Assembly (NCBI GenBank): GCA_046290225.1
Contig: JBKAGE010000001.1
Span: forward strand, 1-64,000
Direction: 5' to 3'
DNA: 64,000 bases
DNA from: Bradymonadia bacterium
GTDB lineage: Bacteria; Myxococcota_A; Bradymonadia; UBA7976; UBA1532
Shown: positions 50,601 to 60,194 of the stretch, in pieces
How the letters are laid out: each line of letters opens with the position of its first letter
Numbering within the stretch: the first letter of the stretch is position 1
Program-made: the position numbers and the translations under genes
The notes under the pieces: generated by a model
What the model was told of the DNA's origin: nothing
What the model saw: the letters and a program-made list of their open reading frames with translations, nothing else
Database searches by the model: none

Positions 50601-52806
50601 CAGGGGCCAGGCCCTGCTGGCTCGCCTGCACGCCGAGCGCGTGGCGCTGTATGGCGACTTGCCTGATCTCGAAGCGGCTCAGACTACCCTCGCCCGGGCA
50701 AGGACCGCGGCCCCCGAGGCCATCGACACCGGCCTCGCCGAGGCGCTGATGGCCCTGCACGGCCACCAGTACGACTCTGCCCGCACCCTGTTGCAGAATC
50801 TGGCCACCAAGGCCTCCGGGCACCCTGAGATCGAGTACGTCCTCGCCCGGGTGGCCCTCGCCGAGGGTCAGCGCGAGGTGGCCCTCGACCGCTTGCGGGC
50901 CACCCTCAAGCTCGACCCGGAGCACGTGAACGCCCACATGCTCATGGCCCGTGTGAAGCGTGGTGACGCTCAAGAGGCGCTGCAGGCGTACGACGAGATC
51001 CTCGAGGCGCGCAACGCCCAGCACGTGGACACACGCATCGCTCGAGGCCGACTGCAGATCGAAAGCCGGCCGAACCAGTCCATCGAAGCAGTCGAGCAGC
51101 TCAAGATGATGCTGCAGGTGGAGCAGCCTCAGATGAGCCAGGCCCAGGTGGCCCGGATTCACGAGGCCATCGGCACCTTCTACCTCAAGAACAACGACGT
51201 CGACGTGGCTCGGCGCGCCTTCAAGTCCGCCGTAGACGCCGCTCCTGACGATCCACGCTTCGCCACCGGCCTCGCCCGCCTCGATCTTGCGGAGTTCAAG
51301 CTCACCGAGGCCGAGGCGATGCTGGCTCGAGCCATCTCCCTGGTACCCGAGAGCGCCACGCACCGCGCCATCATGGCCCGGCTGCGCCTGCTCCAGGGTG
51401 ATCCCGGAGGGGCGCTCAAGCAGCTCGACGCCATCGAGCGCCCTGATGCCGAGGCGTTGATGCTCCGTGGCCAGGCTCATCTCGACCTCGCCCAGTGGCG
51501 GGAAGCAGAGCGGGCCCTCGAGAAGGCGGTGCGTGCCGACTCAGGCCTGCTCGATGCCGAGATCAGACTCCAGCTCGCCGCCTATCTGAACGGCAGGGCG
51601 CTGGGCTTGAGCCGGCTCGAAGAGATCCAGAAGGGGCAGGTCCGCTCCGGCATGCGCCTCGAAGATCCCACCTTGCCTCATCGGGCCTTTGGCCAGGCCC
51701 TCGCTCGGAGCAAGTCGCGGGACGATGTGCGCAAGGCCATGGCTCAGTTCAAACAAGCGGTGCTCTCCCAGCCCGACGACTTCCGCGGGCAGTACGCCAT
51801 GTGCCGTCTCTACATGCGCCTCGCCAACGCCGACGGCGCTCTGACCCACTGCAAGACCACAGTACGCATCAACCCGCACTTCGCCCCGGCGGTCCTCGAT
51901 CAGTCGGCGATCTCAGAGGCGCAGCGCGACGCCGGCGGCGTGATCGCCAGCCTCGCCCCGTTCATCGAGCAGCGCCCGAGCCACCCGCAGAACAGCCCCG
52001 CGGTCCGACGCCTCGCCCGGGCTTATGTACATCGAGGGCTCACCCTCGCGGGCAGCAATGACGGTGAGCGGTTCCTGCGCAAGGCCGAGGGCTTGATCAA
52101 CAACAGCAAGCTCAACGTGAACGAGGCCTCCCGGCGCTATGTTCGGGGGCTGCTCTTCTCCGCTCGGGGCGAGCAGAAACGCGCCCTGCCCGAGCTCGCC
52201 GCGGCGAGCGATCAGCTGTCGAACGATCCGTATGTGCACTTGTCCCATGCCGACGTGCTCATGCGACAGCAGGCCCCGGGGAAGGCTGCGAGCTACTACC
52301 GACGAGCAGTCAAAGCCGGAGGCCTCGCCGATGCCGCCCTCGGCGCTGCCCGAGCGGCCCTGAGCCTCGGCGACGGCAAGATGGCCCTGAACAGCGCCAA
52401 CGAGGCCGAGCGCCTGGCCCTGCGCAGCCTGTCGCATCCCCGGGTTCGGGCAGAGGCCCTCTCGATCCAGGCCCAGGTGGCCTTCGAGCGGGGCGGACGT
52501 CGCGATCGGGCCAAGGCAGAGCGGCTCGCTCAGAGAGCCCTCAAGATCAGTGCCGACTTGCCCTCGGCTTTGATCACCCTCGGCCGACTCGCCGAAGGAT
52601 CGGGTGCCCTCGACGTCGCCGCCGCCCGGTTCCAGCGGGCCACCCAGGTCGACCTGCGCAACCCCGAGGCTCAATATCGGCTGGGGCGCCTCCTGGTCAC
52701 GCAAGACGAAACCCGCGGACAGGGCATGGAGATGCTCAGTCAGGTCATCAACCTCGATCCCGACGGCCGCTGGGGGCAGCTCGCCCGACGGGAAAGGCAG
52801 CAATGA
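47686..52806 (+). CDS. Large bitopic TPR protein (N-terminal TPR, long acidic/Pro-rich linker, TM, many TPRs)
   Basis: TPR motifs (PDHIDARLLLGRIYL, PEHVNAHMLMAR, NPEAQYRLGRLL); single TM GLGGLVMALVLGLLSTW. Confidence 0.88.
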   Translation: MNHSDATTKESPEAQPDGTSETARDRIEHLEPLVKADPGHHGFFELATLYFEESDDPKRALEVLRGALDIHPDHIDARLLLGRIYLSRGRHRSCVRHMARLLHSHPTLVPAMKLLGRGLLAEGKAEEAWVVLRRAQDTLGMADPELSRLLRQAGGQLRRPQATEDGVLSTGRRGERITQITSASTGKPTRPKGFTQYIRQVAIEPTTHVGLEAIDPSEAMGTDPHIRLDEAHETPAQEISAVEVEEQPTKSTLNQQPPPLEPPTLEALEDEEETQVHDQSSILSAVTPEDEDEEDTVVHPSMSDEEIAEVLEESSSSFPDEPTRADLSGPWPILGQKAEGTTLDPSETGERRIHGIIHRLPEDVTREQTPISESVVIADVTESLSDFDQAAIAEAIKPPAPSEEIPIDFDDEEEPTSVLTPSPESVNAASLDTSMPLPLDGDMGLQSGLGVDMRSGELAPEAQDASMVVRRELVLPDASMDHTSDLTTSLPERATAPVKSRAPLAQPGSRTDDFDAPTEALTRERALKASPAPAVENETPEVPIPATRMLSLDIEGPDQTGPITPRAEDADEEVISSALHLPDALSRSLGSTMDPESSAEASFEQSAETSAEESQRPNTVHLGRRRGRPTSSKPPPEARAVAHPLAEHDGESTTQRRNQRAPERPPVPGSLRTRLPDHPKGRVQADPEAETQHRQDQSQRAEAPAVPNRRGPVNLLDIPLDPDDFQPPPPQAPAQTAPKATPAPQPPAIQPPAIRPPALRPAPRAQAPRAPAPRPAPPPIPRSEGEPLPSVEARQPPAPVPTPVPMGGIAVPEQPEAPIPDYGEESSSPFGSYYDGRGQGDQESARHDAVDHIVDAPEPQRPRKPSRDHPGTVAAPSVPNHRGTVLKALGLGGLVMALVLGLLSTWRYIAVADALDDTLAETEKSLQDGNFISRVDGSERLPEAIEAGDPLARAGDALMQLLGKGGIEARQARGQALLARLHAERVALYGDLPDLEAAQTTLARARTAAPEAIDTGLAEALMALHGHQYDSARTLLQNLATKASGHPEIEYVLARVALAEGQREVALDRLRATLKLDPEHVNAHMLMARVKRGDAQEALQAYDEILEARNAQHVDTRIARGRLQIESRPNQSIEAVEQLKMMLQVEQPQMSQAQVARIHEAIGTFYLKNNDVDVARRAFKSAVDAAPDDPRFATGLARLDLAEFKLTEAEAMLARAISLVPESATHRAIMARLRLLQGDPGGALKQLDAIERPDAEALMLRGQAHLDLAQWREAERALEKAVRADSGLLDAEIRLQLAAYLNGRALGLSRLEEIQKGQVRSGMRLEDPTLPHRAFGQALARSKSRDDVRKAMAQFKQAVLSQPDDFRGQYAMCRLYMRLANADGALTHCKTTVRINPHFAPAVLDQSAISEAQRDAGGVIASLAPFIEQRPSHPQNSPAVRRLARAYVHRGLTLAGSNDGERFLRKAEGLINNSKLNVNEASRRYVRGLLFSARGEQKRALPELAAASDQLSNDPYVHLSHADVLMRQQAPGKAASYYRRAVKAGGLADAALGAARAALSLGDGKMALNSANEAERLALRSLSHPRVRAEALSIQAQVAFERGGRRDRAKAERLAQRALKISADLPSALITLGRLAEGSGALDVAAARFQRATQVDLRNPEAQYRLGRLLVTQDETRGQGMEMLSQVINLDPDGRWGQLARRERQQ

Positions 52807-53597
52807 GCAGCGCACAGAAGCGGACTGCAGACGCGAGTACGGCAGACCGGTACGACTCCGGGCAGTACCACCTCGACAACCCCGACTGGCACGCCAGCCA
52901 CGCCCCCTGGAAGGCGGATCACATCGAGATGATGATCCGACACCACGGCCTGCACGATCAGATCAGCACGCTGGCAGAGATTGGCTGCGGCTCTGGTGAG
53001 ATCCTCGTCGAGCTGCACCGTCGGCTGCCCGATCACATCGATCTGACAGGGTACGACATCAGCCCTCAGGCCCACGGCATCTGTAGCCCCAAGGCAGGGC
53101 CGAGGCTGCAGTTCGCCCTCGGCGACGCCTTGAACGGCCCACTGGCCGACGAGGCACCCCGTCACGATCTGGTGATGATGATCGACGTCTTCGAGCACAT
53201 CGAGGACTACATGGCGGCCTTGAGACGGCTGCACCACCGTGGGCGCATGGCCATCTTCCACATCCCACTCGACCTCTCGGTGCAGGGGCTGCTGCGGATG
53301 AAAGCCATCATGCAGGCTCGAGAGCAGGTGGGCCACCTGCACTACTTCACCCGAGAGACAGCCCTGGCCACCCTCGCCGATACAGGTTGGCAGGTGATGG
53401 ACGAGCGCTACACGTGTGGCTCGCTGAGCCTGCCGGCGAAGCACGTACGCACCCGAGTGGCCCGGCTCCCCCGGGCTCTGGGATCACGTGTGGCCCCCCA
53501 CCTCGCAGCGCGGATTCTCGGCGGCTTCAGCCTGCTGGTGCTCGCGCAGAGCAACCTTTCAGATGAAACCGAGGGTCAGGGTCGGGGCGGCAGCTGA
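52803..53597 (+). CDS. Class I SAM-dependent methyltransferase
   Basis: [32 protein letters not shown] overlap with the TPR gene. Confidence 0.88.
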   Translation: MSSAQKRTADASTADRYDSGQYHLDNPDWHASHAPWKADHIEMMIRHHGLHDQISTLAEIGCGSGEILVELHRRLPDHIDLTGYDISPQAHGICSPKAGPRLQFALGDALNGPLADEAPRHDLVMMIDVFEHIEDYMAALRRLHHRGRMAIFHIPLDLSVQGLLRMKAIMQAREQVGHLHYFTRETALATLADTGWQVMDERYTCGSLSLPAKHVRTRVARLPRALGSRVAPHLAARILGGFSLLVLAQSNLSDETEGQGRGGS

Positions 53598-54421
53598 CCT
53601 GCAGGGTACACGCCCAGCCCCACCCAGCTCTCGTGTCCGATGTTCACTTTGCGGACGGTACGCCAGCGGCCATCATCTCCCTTCTCCACCTCATCCATGA
53701 ATTGCGCCGGCACCAGGACCATGCTCGGCTCTGGTGAAGGCTGCTGGCCTTCCTCAACAGGCGTGGCTGCGATGAAATGGGGGATGACGGCAAAGCTGGT
53801 GATGGTGGCGTGGCGGTCGTCGATCAATTGAACGTCGATGTTCCCGACGAGGTGTCGCGTCGTCGTGTACTGCTGGGCATCAACCGTGGCAAAGACGAAG
53901 TTGATCCATGCATCGAAGCCAGTGCCAGTAAACACAGGCTCGAGCTGATCTGAGAATGCATAGGACTCGAACTCCGCATCCTCGACAAAACACTCTTCCA
54001 GCATTTGTAGCCCGTCTGCACGGCGTTGTTCGGCATTTCTACGCCCTGCATCTGTGAGGGTGTCCAGCACCCTGCCCCAGCAGTTGGCGACCTCGATCAA
54101 TGCCATTCGGTCTGCCAGCTCACCATGTGATTGCTCGAGGGCCTCCAACCGGGTCTCCAGGGTGTCATCACTCGCCCCCGGAGGGCCTGGCTCTCCTTGT
54201 GGCCCTTGCTCACCTCGTTCGCCCTGAGGCCCTTCGGGCCCTCGCTCACCTTGAGGGCCCGCTTCTCCTTGAGGGCCCGCAGGACCTTGCTCACCCTGGG
54301 CGCCGGCCGACCCAGCTTCCCCATCATCTCCACTGCATCCCGAGAGGGTCAGTGACATCATACCTGCCACCATCAACATCGCAGCCATCTTGCCAGTGAG
54401 TCGTCCATTATCCAGGCGCAT
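53576..54421 (-). CDS. Lipoprotein with collagen-like repeat, coiled coil and SnoaL/NTF2-like domain
   Basis: RBS aggag, lipobox TLSGC, 17 Gly-X-Y triplets, C-terminal CFVEDA...TRHLVGN...DGRWR. Confidence 0.8.
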   Translation of the reverse strand: MRLDNGRLTGKMAAMLMVAGMMSLTLSGCSGDDGEAGSAGAQGEQGPAGPQGEAGPQGERGPEGPQGERGEQGPQGEPGPPGASDDTLETRLEALEQSHGELADRMALIEVANCWGRVLDTLTDAGRRNAEQRRADGLQMLEECFVEDAEFESYAFSDQLEPVFTGTGFDAWINFVFATVDAQQYTTTRHLVGNIDVQLIDDRHATITSFAVIPHFIAATPVEEGQQPSPEPSMVLVPAQFMDEVEKGDDGRWRTVRKVNIGHESWVGLGVYPAGQLPPRP

Positions 54422-54736
54422 ACATCTATCTCCTGTTGTGCCATACTTCTGGCACACAAACAGTCTAGAGCAGTATAAGGAAGGAACTGATACGGCAGGC
54501 GAAGAACATCGGCGAGAGGCCACGTGAAGAAAGCGCAGGCGATGCCAAAGCATCACCGAGCATTTCTGAGCTTGGAATCTCGTCGATGGGCGAGCCTGGT
54601 GTGTCAGGTCATTCCTTATACTGCTCTATTCCTTGTGAATCGCGAACCTCTGAGCAAGAACGCTCAGGATCAGAGCAGCCACAATTGGCCAGTATTCATC
54701 AGTCATCTATGGTGAGGGAGATTTCAGTGGCTCACA

Positions 54737-55663
54737 TCACATGTATCCTCCCTTCAACAGTCCATGGCCTTCGGTCCGCTCTTCCGCTGAATCGATTGTG
54801 GATGGCTTTGCGCTGCCCATTCGTCCCAGGCTCGGATCGACATAGAGTTCGCCGGGTGTAAACTGATCATGTGACCATTCAAGCACGCGCAGCTGATGAA
54901 TATAGCTCTCGGCATAGTCCTCGTCGAGATCCGACGCCACCGAGGCGATGAAGGGGATGCTCAGCCCATCTATTTCTCTCATTTCGTCGAAATAGATCCA
55001 TGACTTCACAAAATCGAATTTGTCTCTGACGGTAAACTGACACAGTTCGACGAGGTGCGTGTCAGTGTTGATCCACACAATATACTGATCTGCGTCGGAG
55101 TGTGGTGCCAACGCCCCCCAGGTCGCAAACACCCGATGGTACTTTTGCCCACGAAACACACCGTCTTCCAAGGCCACCACGTGCTCCGCGGTGCCCAATC
55201 GATATGCGAGTTCGAGAAAGTAGATGTATGCGCTCAGGTTGAAGCGAGTGTCCTCGTCGGGCTCGATGGTGAGCGACTCACCGGGCTCGATGTGCCATGT
55301 GTGGCCGTTCTGGAGGCCTTGCCGCTCACCGACCCGCTCTCCTTCTACAAAGGTCAGATCAGCATCGAAGGTCCCAGCCACCCATCTCAGGGTGAACACA
55401 TCCTCTTCGTCCCATGGTTTGACGAGCGCGCCTGCGAACCCCTGCCAGTCATCTTGTAGTCGGGCTTCTATCGTCGTGATGCCCGCCCAGGCATCAATGC
55501 CATGTGCCCTGGCCGCGTCTCTGAGCAGCGCCCTGCCACGCTGAACATCGATGTGCTGTGGTCCCTGAGTGGCGAGGGTGTCAGGCCGCAGATCTGCCGA
55601 CCCGCATGCCGCCGTGAACAGAAGGAGACTCGACAGTATAGGGATCTTCAGTCCATCTCTCAT
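54737..55663 (-). CDS. Hypothetical lipoprotein
   Basis: Lipobox TAAC after ATG 55663; beta-rich; no family recognised. Confidence 0.7.
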   Translation of the reverse strand: MRDGLKIPILSSLLLFTAACGSADLRPDTLATQGPQHIDVQRGRALLRDAARAHGIDAWAGITTIEARLQDDWQGFAGALVKPWDEEDVFTLRWVAGTFDADLTFVEGERVGERQGLQNGHTWHIEPGESLTIEPDEDTRFNLSAYIYFLELAYRLGTAEHVVALEDGVFRGQKYHRVFATWGALAPHSDADQYIVWINTDTHLVELCQFTVRDKFDFVKSWIYFDEMREIDGLSIPFIASVASDLDEDYAESYIHQLRVLEWSHDQFTPGELYVDPSLGRMGSAKPSTIDSAEERTEGHGLLKGGYM

Positions 55664-55711
55664 GGCACAACTCCGCAAATTCTGATGTGGGTCCGAAACT
55701 CGAAAACGTTA

Positions 55712-55727
55712 TGGACAACAATGTCCA
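55712..55727. promoter_or_regulatory. Candidate TetR operator TGGACA-N4-TGTCCA
   Basis: tggaca-acaa-tgtcca about 50 bp upstream of the 55663 start; a matching site lies upstream of the TetR gene. Confidence 0.7.
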
Positions 55728-55743
55728 AAACAAACCAAAAAAA

Positions 55744-56307
55744 TCACAAACCAATGCCGGCGAGGGCCAGACGACCAATGCCCTTCAATTGCATCTTCGA
55801 GTATCCACCACGTGAGAGCGCGACCATGCCGGCGGTCGCCGATACCAAAGACAATGCCTGCTCTTCGATGGACCCTGATGCCATGCCCATCTCGTGTGCC
55901 CTGCTCAGGGTCTCGGAGAAGGCGAGATTGAATGCTTCGACGCCACGTTGGCCCAGGGGACCCGCAGCGCCCTGTTCGACGAAGGTGTTGAAGATCAGAC
56001 ACCCAGCCCGATCGGGATCGTCAGTGAGGCCATTGGCGAGTTTGTCGAAATACGCATGAAGGCCTTCACCTGGATCGGGCATGTGAAGCAATGCGTTGAT
56101 CCACACGAAGGCCCGGGCCTTGTATCGCTCGAATGCCTCGTGAAACAGCTGCTCCTTGTCGCCGAAAGTCGAATAGAGACTCTGCCGACCGATGCCCATG
56201 GCCAGCCGCAAATCGCTCATCGTCGTCTGCTCGTAACCACGGGTCCAAAACAGGCGAATCGCGATCTCGAGTGCGGCGTCTCGCTCGAATTTCCTCGGTC
56301 TGGCCAT
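55744..56307 (-). CDS. TetR/AcrR family regulator (NemR/ComR-like)
   Basis: MARPRKF...FWTRGYEQTTMSDL...GIGRQSLYSTFGDKEQLF; C-terminal GCL motif. Confidence 0.93.
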   Translation of the reverse strand: MARPRKFERDAALEIAIRLFWTRGYEQTTMSDLRLAMGIGRQSLYSTFGDKEQLFHEAFERYKARAFVWINALLHMPDPGEGLHAYFDKLANGLTDDPDRAGCLIFNTFVEQGAAGPLGQRGVEAFNLAFSETLSRAHEMGMASGSIEEQALSLVSATAGMVALSRGGYSKMQLKGIGRLALAGIGL

Positions 56308-56326
56308 GACACTCAAACTAGCGAAT

Positions 56327-56342
56327 TGGACACGCGTGTCAA
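56327..56342. promoter_or_regulatory. Candidate TetR autoregulatory operator TGGACA-N4-TGTCAA
   Basis: tggaca-cgcg-tgtcaa about 20 bp upstream of the TetR ATG; core gacacgcgtgtc is a perfect palindrome. Confidence 0.7.
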
Positions 56343-56526
56343 TAACCGATTTCGCGGCGCTTCGATTTCTCTCCCTCAAGGCTGACCATGCCCTTTCGGC
56401 TGAAGACACAACCCGGCACGTCGAGGCCCAGGCCCACACAACGTGTCCATAGCAATTGCGATAGGGCAATCAGGGGAGTATAAAGCCCAGCCCCCAGCGG
56501 CCAACCGTCGAGCCAAGGAGACAGCA

Positions 56527-57891
56527 GTGGCCTCCCTCCTCATCAGCGCCTTCGAAGGTCTGAGCACCGAAGATTTCGAGGTGTACGCACCCAAGTGCTG
56601 GTCCAACAACCTGCACAACCTCGATCGCATGCGCACCAAAGATCGCCTGATGGCGCTGCTCGGCGCGGTGCAGGAGCAGGTCGATGGCGCCCAGGGCCTC
56701 AGCGCCGCCGCCACCAGCGAGATCCCCAGCGTCTGGAACGGCCGGAAGGTGAAGGACCAGTGGGCGTATCTGATCCGTGGCACCGAAGCCCGAAACCAGA
56801 TCTTCCCGCTGCTCGCCGCAGACATGGGCCTCGCCGCCCGGCTGCAGGAGCCTGCTGATCATCAGCGGCACGGCGTCGTCTATGTGTCGATCGATCTCGA
56901 AGGCCTCACCGTGGGTCTCACGCTGCACAAGCACGCCACCATCGATCTCAAGAACGCCGTGGCGCGCAAAGACGAAGCAGATCTCGCTGGCCTGCTTGAG
57001 GCAGCGGCCTCCGCCGGGCTCACCCTCAACGGCGAAGCGCCCGCTGCGGCGACGCTGGCCGCTCGGTGCACCCAGGCCCTCGAAGGCGTCATCGACGAGG
57101 TCACCCTGAGCCGCCGCTGGCCCCAAGGTGAGATCCTCGACTTCGGCGCTGGTCTGGTCGATGAGGTGAAGGGTCTTTTCGAGGCGCTGATCCCCATCTA
57201 CGCCTTCATCGCCTGGTCAGCAGAGAATGATCATGCCGGGGTGAGCGATCGCTTGTCGGCTTTTGCTGAGAGCAAGGCTCGCCACGAGGCCGAGGCCGAG
57301 GCCCGCCTCGCCGAGCTCGAAGAGAAGCGGGCGGCCCGGGCCGCAGAGGCCCAGGCCCGTGCAGCAGAGAAGGCTGCGGAGATGGCCGAGTGGCGCGCTC
57401 GCCGCCGACGCGCTCGCCCGCCCATGGAAGAGATGGGGCCTTCTACGCGCAGCAAGCGCCCCTCAGAAGATCAGGCTGATGCCTCAAAGGCAGAAGATCC
57501 TGAAGCAGGGGGCGCTGAAGCAGAGGGTGCCGAGGGCGCAACTGAGGCGCCCGCAGCGCCCAAGGCCCGGCCTCAGGCTCGACCCCAGAGTCGATCCCAG
57601 GGCCGACCCCAGGCGCGACAGCCCCGGGCACCCCGTGGTGAGCGCCCACCCCGAGGCGAGAAGAAAGCCGGCAAGGCCCCTCGGGGCAAGAGCGCCAAGG
57701 CCGCAGAGGCCGCTTCGGCGAGCGCAGCCCGCCCGGCGGCCGCTCTCAAGGTCGGTGACAGCTGCCGCCTGCTCCGCGGACTCTTCGCGGGCAAAGAAGG
57801 CGTGGTCGCTGGCGTGGAGAAGGGCCTCTACGAGGTCAAGGTGGGCAACCTTCAGGTGAAGGTCAAAGCGCAGGAGCTCGAGGCCCTGTGA
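56527..57891 (+). CDS. Hypothetical protein: DUF1054-like N-terminus, coiled coil, C-terminal KOW motif
   Basis: RBS aaggag + GTG 56527; FEGLSTEDF N-terminus; LKVGDSCRLLRGLFAGKEGVV KOW-like tail. Confidence 0.7.
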   Translation: MASLLISAFEGLSTEDFEVYAPKCWSNNLHNLDRMRTKDRLMALLGAVQEQVDGAQGLSAAATSEIPSVWNGRKVKDQWAYLIRGTEARNQIFPLLAADMGLAARLQEPADHQRHGVVYVSIDLEGLTVGLTLHKHATIDLKNAVARKDEADLAGLLEAAASAGLTLNGEAPAAATLAARCTQALEGVIDEVTLSRRWPQGEILDFGAGLVDEVKGLFEALIPIYAFIAWSAENDHAGVSDRLSAFAESKARHEAEAEARLAELEEKRAARAAEAQARAAEKAAEMAEWRARRRRARPPMEEMGPSTRSKRPSEDQADASKAEDPEAGGAEAEGAEGATEAPAAPKARPQARPQSRSQGRPQARQPRAPRGERPPRGEKKAGKAPRGKSAKAAEAASASAARPAAALKVGDSCRLLRGLFAGKEGVVAGVEKGLYEVKVGNLQVKVKAQELEAL

Positions 57892-59123
57892 GCGCTGGGG
57901 CCAAGAGCAGCGGACCTCTCAAGCCCCCTGTGATCCGGCTCACCAAGAAGGGCCTGCGGCGGCTTCGCTCCGGGCACCCCTGGATCTTCCAGAGCGACAT
58001 CGCCGACGTGCCCGACTCCACCGTCGGTGGTGATCTCGTGAAGGTCGCCGGGCCTGATGGCCGCGCCCTCGCCGTGGCGGCTTACTCTGCCACGTCTCTC
58101 ATCACCCTGCGCTGTATACCCCTCACCCTCAAAGAGGACTTCGAGGCTGGGTGGATGCGCCTCATCGACGCCGCCATTCAGCGCCGCGGAGGCGGCCGTC
58201 AGGGTCAGCGACTCGTCAACGGTGATGCCGACGGACTGCCGGGCCTCATCGTCGATCAATATGACGACGCCATCAGCATTCAAGCGCTGAGCCAGGCGGC
58301 TGACCGCCGCCTCGACCCCCTCGTCGAGCACCTCAAGGCGTCGCTGGGCCCCACCCTCCTCGTGGCGCGGAACGATCCCCGGGTACGCACCCTCGAAGGG
58401 CTCCCCCAAGAAAAGAAGATCCTCTACTCAGCGGAGGGCCGCGCCGAGAGCACCCGCAGCCTCGTGCAGCTCGGCGAAGTGAAGATGGAGATCGACCTCT
58501 TCGAAGGGCAGAAAACCGGCGCGTTCCTCGATCAAGTGGGCAACTGGGTCCGGGCCGGTGAGATCGCCCAACACATGCTCGCAGAGCAGGGCGAGGGCGC
58601 CACGCTCAAGGCCCTCGACTGCTGTTGTTACAACGGGGGCTTCTCGCTGCACCTCGCTCAGGCAGGTGCCGAGGTCACTGCCATCGACGCCAGCGCGGTG
58701 GCCTTGGAGCGCGTGCGCGCCAACGCCGAGACCAACGGGCTGAGCGATCGTGTCACCCCCCTCGAGGCGAACGTCTTCGATCAGCTGAGGGCCTACGAGG
58801 CCGAAGGGACCACCTTCGACCTCATCGTGCTCGATCCCCCAGCCTTCGCCAAGCGCAAGAGCGCGCTGAAGTCGGGGCAGCGCGCCTACAAGGAGATCAA
58901 CCTCCGGGCGCTGAAGCTGCTCCGCCCCGGCGGGCGACTGATCACGTGCTCGTGCAGCGCTCAGATGACTCGGCCCCGCTTCGAAGAGATGCTCCGCGAG
59001 GCCGCCGCCGACGCCCGGCGTTGGGTGCGGATCCTCGAGCGCAGAGGCGCAGGGCCTGATCACCCTACGCTGATCACCGCCCCGGAGACGGACTACCTGA
59101 AGGTGCTCGTCGCCGAAGCCTGA
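57888..59123 (+). CDS. rlmI: RlmI-like SAM-dependent rRNA methyltransferase
   Basis: PUA-like GHPWIF, DGLPGLIVD, GQKTGAFLDQ, IVLDPPAFAK, TCSCS, ETDYLK. Confidence 0.88.
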   Translation: MSAGAKSSGPLKPPVIRLTKKGLRRLRSGHPWIFQSDIADVPDSTVGGDLVKVAGPDGRALAVAAYSATSLITLRCIPLTLKEDFEAGWMRLIDAAIQRRGGGRQGQRLVNGDADGLPGLIVDQYDDAISIQALSQAADRRLDPLVEHLKASLGPTLLVARNDPRVRTLEGLPQEKKILYSAEGRAESTRSLVQLGEVKMEIDLFEGQKTGAFLDQVGNWVRAGEIAQHMLAEQGEGATLKALDCCCYNGGFSLHLAQAGAEVTAIDASAVALERVRANAETNGLSDRVTPLEANVFDQLRAYEAEGTTFDLIVLDPPAFAKRKSALKSGQRAYKEINLRALKLLRPGGRLITCSCSAQMTRPRFEEMLREAAADARRWVRILERRGAGPDHPTLITAPETDYLKVLVAEA

Positions 59124-59156
59124 TCGACGGCGAGCCGAGCGCGGAGTTTCATCGGC

Positions 59157-60194
59157 ATGTATGCACTCACCCGCCCACTGCTCTTCTCCTTGTCGCCGGA
59201 GCGCGCCCACAATCTGGTCATGGGCAGCCTCGCCGCCGCGGGCCCCCTCGCCCGGCTCACCGCACGGCTCACTTCGGGCACACCAGATCCCGCGCTGGCG
59301 ACGGAGATCGCCGGCCTGAAGCTGCCGAGCCCGGTGGGGCTCGCTGCAGGCCTCGACAAAGATGGGCGGCTGATCCCCTTCTGGCCTGCGCTGGGGTTTG
59401 GGTTCATCGAGGTGGGTACGGTGACGGCCCACCCTCAGGCGGGCAACCCCAAGCCCCGCATGTTCCGGTTTCCCGAGCAGAGGGCTCTCATCAACCGGAT
59501 GGGGTTCAACAATCAGGGCAGCGCTGCCCTCGCCGAGCGTCTCAAGCGCTTGCGAGAAAGCGGGCCCGAGCTGCCCGTGCCTCTGGGCGTCAATCTGGGC
59601 AAGTCGAAGATCACCCCCCTCGAAGACGCCGTAGAGGACTACGCCATCAGCACTGAGCGGGTGGCCCGCTACGCCGACTATCTGGTCATCAACGTCAGCT
59701 CACCGAACACACCCGGGCTGCGCAGCCTGCAGGGCGCCGAAACCCTGGGTGAGATCGTCGCCGCCGTGGTGGCTCGCCGAGAGGGCCGCCCAGTCTTCGT
59801 GAAGCTGGCGCCCGATCTCACCTTCGAGGCCCTCGACGAGGCCGTGGCGGTGGCAGAAGACAACGGCGCGGAAGGCATCATCGCCACCAACACCACCATC
59901 GAGCGCCACGGCATCACCGAGGATGTGGGCAATGGCGGGCTCTCCGGAGCGCCCCTGCGCCCTCGAGCCCTCGAGGTGGTCCGTCATGTGGTGCCGAAAA
60001 CGAAGCTGCCGGTGATCGCCGTGGGGGGCATCTCCACGGCAGCCCATGTGCTCGAAGCGTTGGAGGCGGGCGCCAAAGCGGTGCAGATCTACTCGGCCCT
60101 GATCTTCGAGGGCCCAGGGCTGGTCAAGCGCCTCAACCGCGGCATCGCCGACGGTTTGGGCCCGGGGCTGCTCAAGGCGCCAGGCGACCGCTGA
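59157..60194 (+). CDS. pyrD: Quinone-dependent dihydroorotate dehydrogenase (class 2)
   Basis: GLAAGLDK, GNPKPRMFR, INRMGFNN, NVSSPNTPGLR, KLAPD, TNTT, GGLSG. Confidence 0.97.
   Translation: MYALTRPLLFSLSPERAHNLVMGSLAAAGPLARLTARLTSGTPDPALATEIAGLKLPSPVGLAAGLDKDGRLIPFWPALGFGFIEVGTVTAHPQAGNPKPRMFRFPEQRALINRMGFNNQGSAALAERLKRLRESGPELPVPLGVNLGKSKITPLEDAVEDYAISTERVARYADYLVINVSSPNTPGLRSLQGAETLGEIVAAVVARREGRPVFVKLAPDLTFEALDEAVAVAEDNGAEGIIATNTTIERHGITEDVGNGGLSGAPLRPRALEVVRHVVPKTKLPVIAVGGISTAAHVLEALEAGAKAVQIYSALIFEGPGLVKRLNRGIADGLGPGLLKAPGDR

Noticed and set aside
49693..51480. 595-aa minus-strand ORF
   Set aside because: Antisense shadow of the TPR protein.
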